From NCBI GenBank assembly GCA_012295275.1, contig CM022678.1, positions 9,548,001 to 9,612,000 on the forward strand: DNA of 64,000 nt, written 5' to 3'. Below are positions 61,215 through 64,000 of this stretch, in pieces. The notes below the pieces were generated by a model, which ran no database searches, had not been told where the DNA came from, and was given only the letters and a program-made list of their open reading frames with translations. The translations under genes were made by a program, and so were the position numbers. Each line of letters begins with the position of its first letter. The stretch's first letter is position 1. The stretch is from Chrysomallon squamiferum (taxonomy: Eukaryota > Animalia > Mollusca).

Positions 61215-63639
61215 AATTTGAAATTTATTTTACTGTTAATATTTACAGGTGTCACTGTTGGTGTAGCTGCTCAGTGTAGTTTTTGTACAACTTTGACACA
61301 TGAGATCTCACAAGAGAAACTTTGACTGGTAGAGTGTTGATGGAAGAACTCATCAACAGGTTGCAGATAACAGAATCCAGCAGACTGTTAGTATTTCACA
61401 CACACACATGGTTCATGCAGTCTGGTGATACGTGAAATAATCACTGTTTTCTACTAAAGTTAGTCATCATTTGTTTTTACATAAATTCATTGTTTTACTG
61501 TTTATTAGAGATTGACAATAAACCATAGTTTTGGTGATTTCTTTTATAAATAACATGAATTCAGATAGATAACAGTACATAATTACCTCAGCAGTAAAGA
61601 TTAAAACAGCAGATATTTTCACTATTATTATTATAATTATTATTCTTGCTGCTAATATCACAATTATTACCATTGTTGTTGTTTTTCTTCTTCTTCTTCT
61701 TCTTCTTCTTCTTATTATTATTATTATTTATAGGATATTTTGATGGAGTTCAGTGCACAGACATGTGAAAGCAGAAATGAAAATCCGTGGCCAAGTTTGA
61801 TGAAGATTTGAGTTTTTGCTATCAAAGTTTTGATAGTTGATGCCAGACTGATTCAGAAATCATGAAACAGATGCTGGATTCAGTTCTGCCTCTTTTTTCA
61901 GTCAGTCACAGCAGTGAGAAAAATGTTTGACCAGACACAGCACCAAGTACAGTCAAGTTTGCAGCAGTCTTAAACAAGAACAAATATTTCAAATGATACT
62001 AATGAGTGAGAAAAATAAAAACATTCAGACAATACATGATAGGGAAAATGATGATTATTTCAAAGTGTATTTCAAACAGTGGTGAAAAATATGACATTAA
62101 TTCTTATGATACAAATTTGAAAAGAAGATGAATATGATTGATCATAGAAATCATTGATTTCTTGTTTAAAATAAACAAACAAAAGTTTTATAATAAAAAG
62201 TGTTCATTGCAAGGAAGATTTGTTTATTTGTTTTATATTATTATTATTTTCAAAATATATTTCTTGTTTCGTGTTTTTAACAGTTTTTTTTTTTTTTTTT
62301 TTTAAAGAATAATCTACTTAATCACATAACCCAAATATAAAATACCAAGACTTGTGGTAAAGATTTACCCAATAAAAGTATGTTAATAAAATATAAAATG
62401 GAAGGAAATGTGTAAACCTACATATGCATGTATTTGAAAGATAATCTCAGAAATTAGAAATTTACTTAATTAGTATTTTGCAGGTTACTTTGTCTGTCAA
62501 ATTATATATTAATTTAAAACATTTTTTGTAAACAAATGTGTTTGTATTCTTTTTTATTTCATGTTGTATATTTTATTAATATAGTTTTACTGGATAAATC
62601 AGAAATTCTATATTTTTTAGAAGTTTTTCTAAAATTATATATGCCATATGAAAAACTATTTTTGTTGAAATAAATATTACAAATTATTTAGTTTTCAATT
62701 ATAATATTTCAGCTAGCATTATCAAACTGGAGTAACAAATTCCTATTGATGAGGATAATTTTTATTTATATTTTTGGACATATTAACCAAATCAGGTACT
62801 TAATAATCATAGTTTCTTCTGTTACAATTATATTAAGTAAATTTATTTGAATGGATAAATTCATAGGTATTTTAATTAGAAGGTCTATAAGATAATTTGA
62901 ATTTTCCGTTTCTGAAATGTGTTGTAACAGAAAATAAAAATAAAAATAAAAGTCTAGTTTAAACTGTTAGAAAATTAAATAATTTAATCTTATCCATGTC
63001 TATTTATAGTTTCACCTGCAGATGTATAAAAGCTGCAAATCCTCTCAACAAGTAAATAAAATGATGTAATTTTATCTTGTATGTGTTCATAACTTGGAAT
63101 CACACCTGTAGGTACCACTAAGAACTACATCGATCATTCTGAGATCAAGTATGAATAAAGTAACGTTGGATCTTGTTTATAGTAATATGGAATATAGTTG
63201 ATTTGGGATACAGTATTTGTGGATATGGTAGATATAGAATATAGTAGTTTTGGATATAGGAGATACAGTGCAGCAGATAATATACTACAACAGTTCATTT
63301 AAATGAATGTGTTCATATTTGAAAGTATTGTATTATTTATTTTTGTTTCTTTATTTATTTGACTATTTTATAATTTGACTGTTATAATTATCACATCAAA
63401 ATTATCATTATTATCAAAACATACCAGAGACATTGCAAATAAATAAATAAAAATGTTAATGTGAACACACACACCCTAAACACACACAGACTTAAATATG
63501 TGTCCAACAGTCTATTCAGCTGTATTGCAAATATTTCTGTTTACACAGTGGATTTCATGAAAATTCTCATTTTAATTTCACTTTTAAGTTCAGTAAGAGT
63601 GGAATATGTTTACGTAACTGTGGCATTAAGAATTCAATA

Positions 63640-63920
63640 AGAAAACGCAAAATGTGCGTCTTATGTATTATAACATTGTGGTTCTAATAAGTGTTGTTTA
63701 TTTTATAATCCTTCTGTAGGGGAGATAACTCTGGAGGGTGTAGTTAGCGTGTACAACAGAGGTGGGCTAGAAAAACGAGAACAAACGGTGGCCTGTGTTA
63801 ATTTGTCAGTGTGAAGTGTGACGGGCTTCGTTTTACTCGCTTCTCTTTTGTTTTTGTGGTTTTTGCTGTTGCTCTATTTTTCTTTTTTTTAATAAAATTC
63901 GGCGGAAATCTGTTAAGTAT
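63640..63920. promoter_or_regulatory. CpG-rich block, possible next promoter
   Basis: CpG returns after a long depleted stretch. GGCGGAAAT at about 63901 is the same motif as at about 27650, and ggagataactct occurs at about 63721. Confidence 0.4.
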
Positions 63921-64000
63921 TTTAGATATTTAATTGTCTGTTGTAGTAAATTGCAGTCATTTTTTAAGAAGTGATTCTATTTAAATTGTTCTTTTCTTCT

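Larger units (their letters stand above)
52840..62846 (+). repeat. Segmental duplication copy 2 (partner 1893-12460)
   Basis: See copy 1. It carries an extra 57390-58180 and lacks the equivalents of about 4945-5117, 9874-10208 and 10340-11220. Confidence 0.95.
50450..63051 (+). ncRNA. Unit A copy 2: 13 or more exon spliced transcript lacking a long ORF
   Basis: Exons: ..50502, 50850-50958, 51264-51349, 51786-51861, 52198-52325, 52737-52975, 54886-54980, 56577-57020, 58394-58492, 58659-58726, 59115-59241, 61249-61386, 61734-62005, possibly 63022-63051. The ORF from the Kozak ATG at 50493 stops after about 43 codons in exon 3. Confidence 0.6.

Noticed and set aside
50502-62005. Unit A as a snoRNA host gene
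   Set aside because: Many-exon ORF-less genes often host snoRNAs, but I found no convincing RTGATGA..CTGA pair with terminal stem at the expected intronic positions. H/ACA RNAs cannot be excluded by eye; an Infernal/Rfam scan would settle it.

Overview
AT-rich, microsatellite-dense animal DNA, most likely a gastropod mollusc (judged from a remembered gastropod SINE and the gene content). Two fixed 200-N gaps split it into three contigs: 1-1692, 1893-40751 and 40952-64000. One recognisable protein gene is present: a signal peptide-CUB-Ig-Ig-TM receptor (+, 35768-40469) whose 3' exons have slippage-type frameshifts that may be long-read errors. A second spliced gene (-, about 16250-27525) encodes a Ser/Thr-rich low-complexity protein with lesions. 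Most of the rest consists of CpG-depleted chains of GT-AG-bounded exons that keep their splice sites but have no continuous ORF. Unit A (+, about 50450-63050) is duplicated over about 10 kb at 1893-12460 and partly inverted at 1-1647. An EGF-repeat pseudogene chain lies at about 44700-49527 (-) and a Sola-like transposase chain at 13115-15470 (+). The last two begin with the same homologous first-exon/donor cassette although their downstream exons are unrelated. L1/Tx1, Harbinger/ISL2EU, THAP and SINE relics lie inside these units, all sense to the inferred transcript. All calls were made by eye with no database search, and transcription is inferred from splice signals only.
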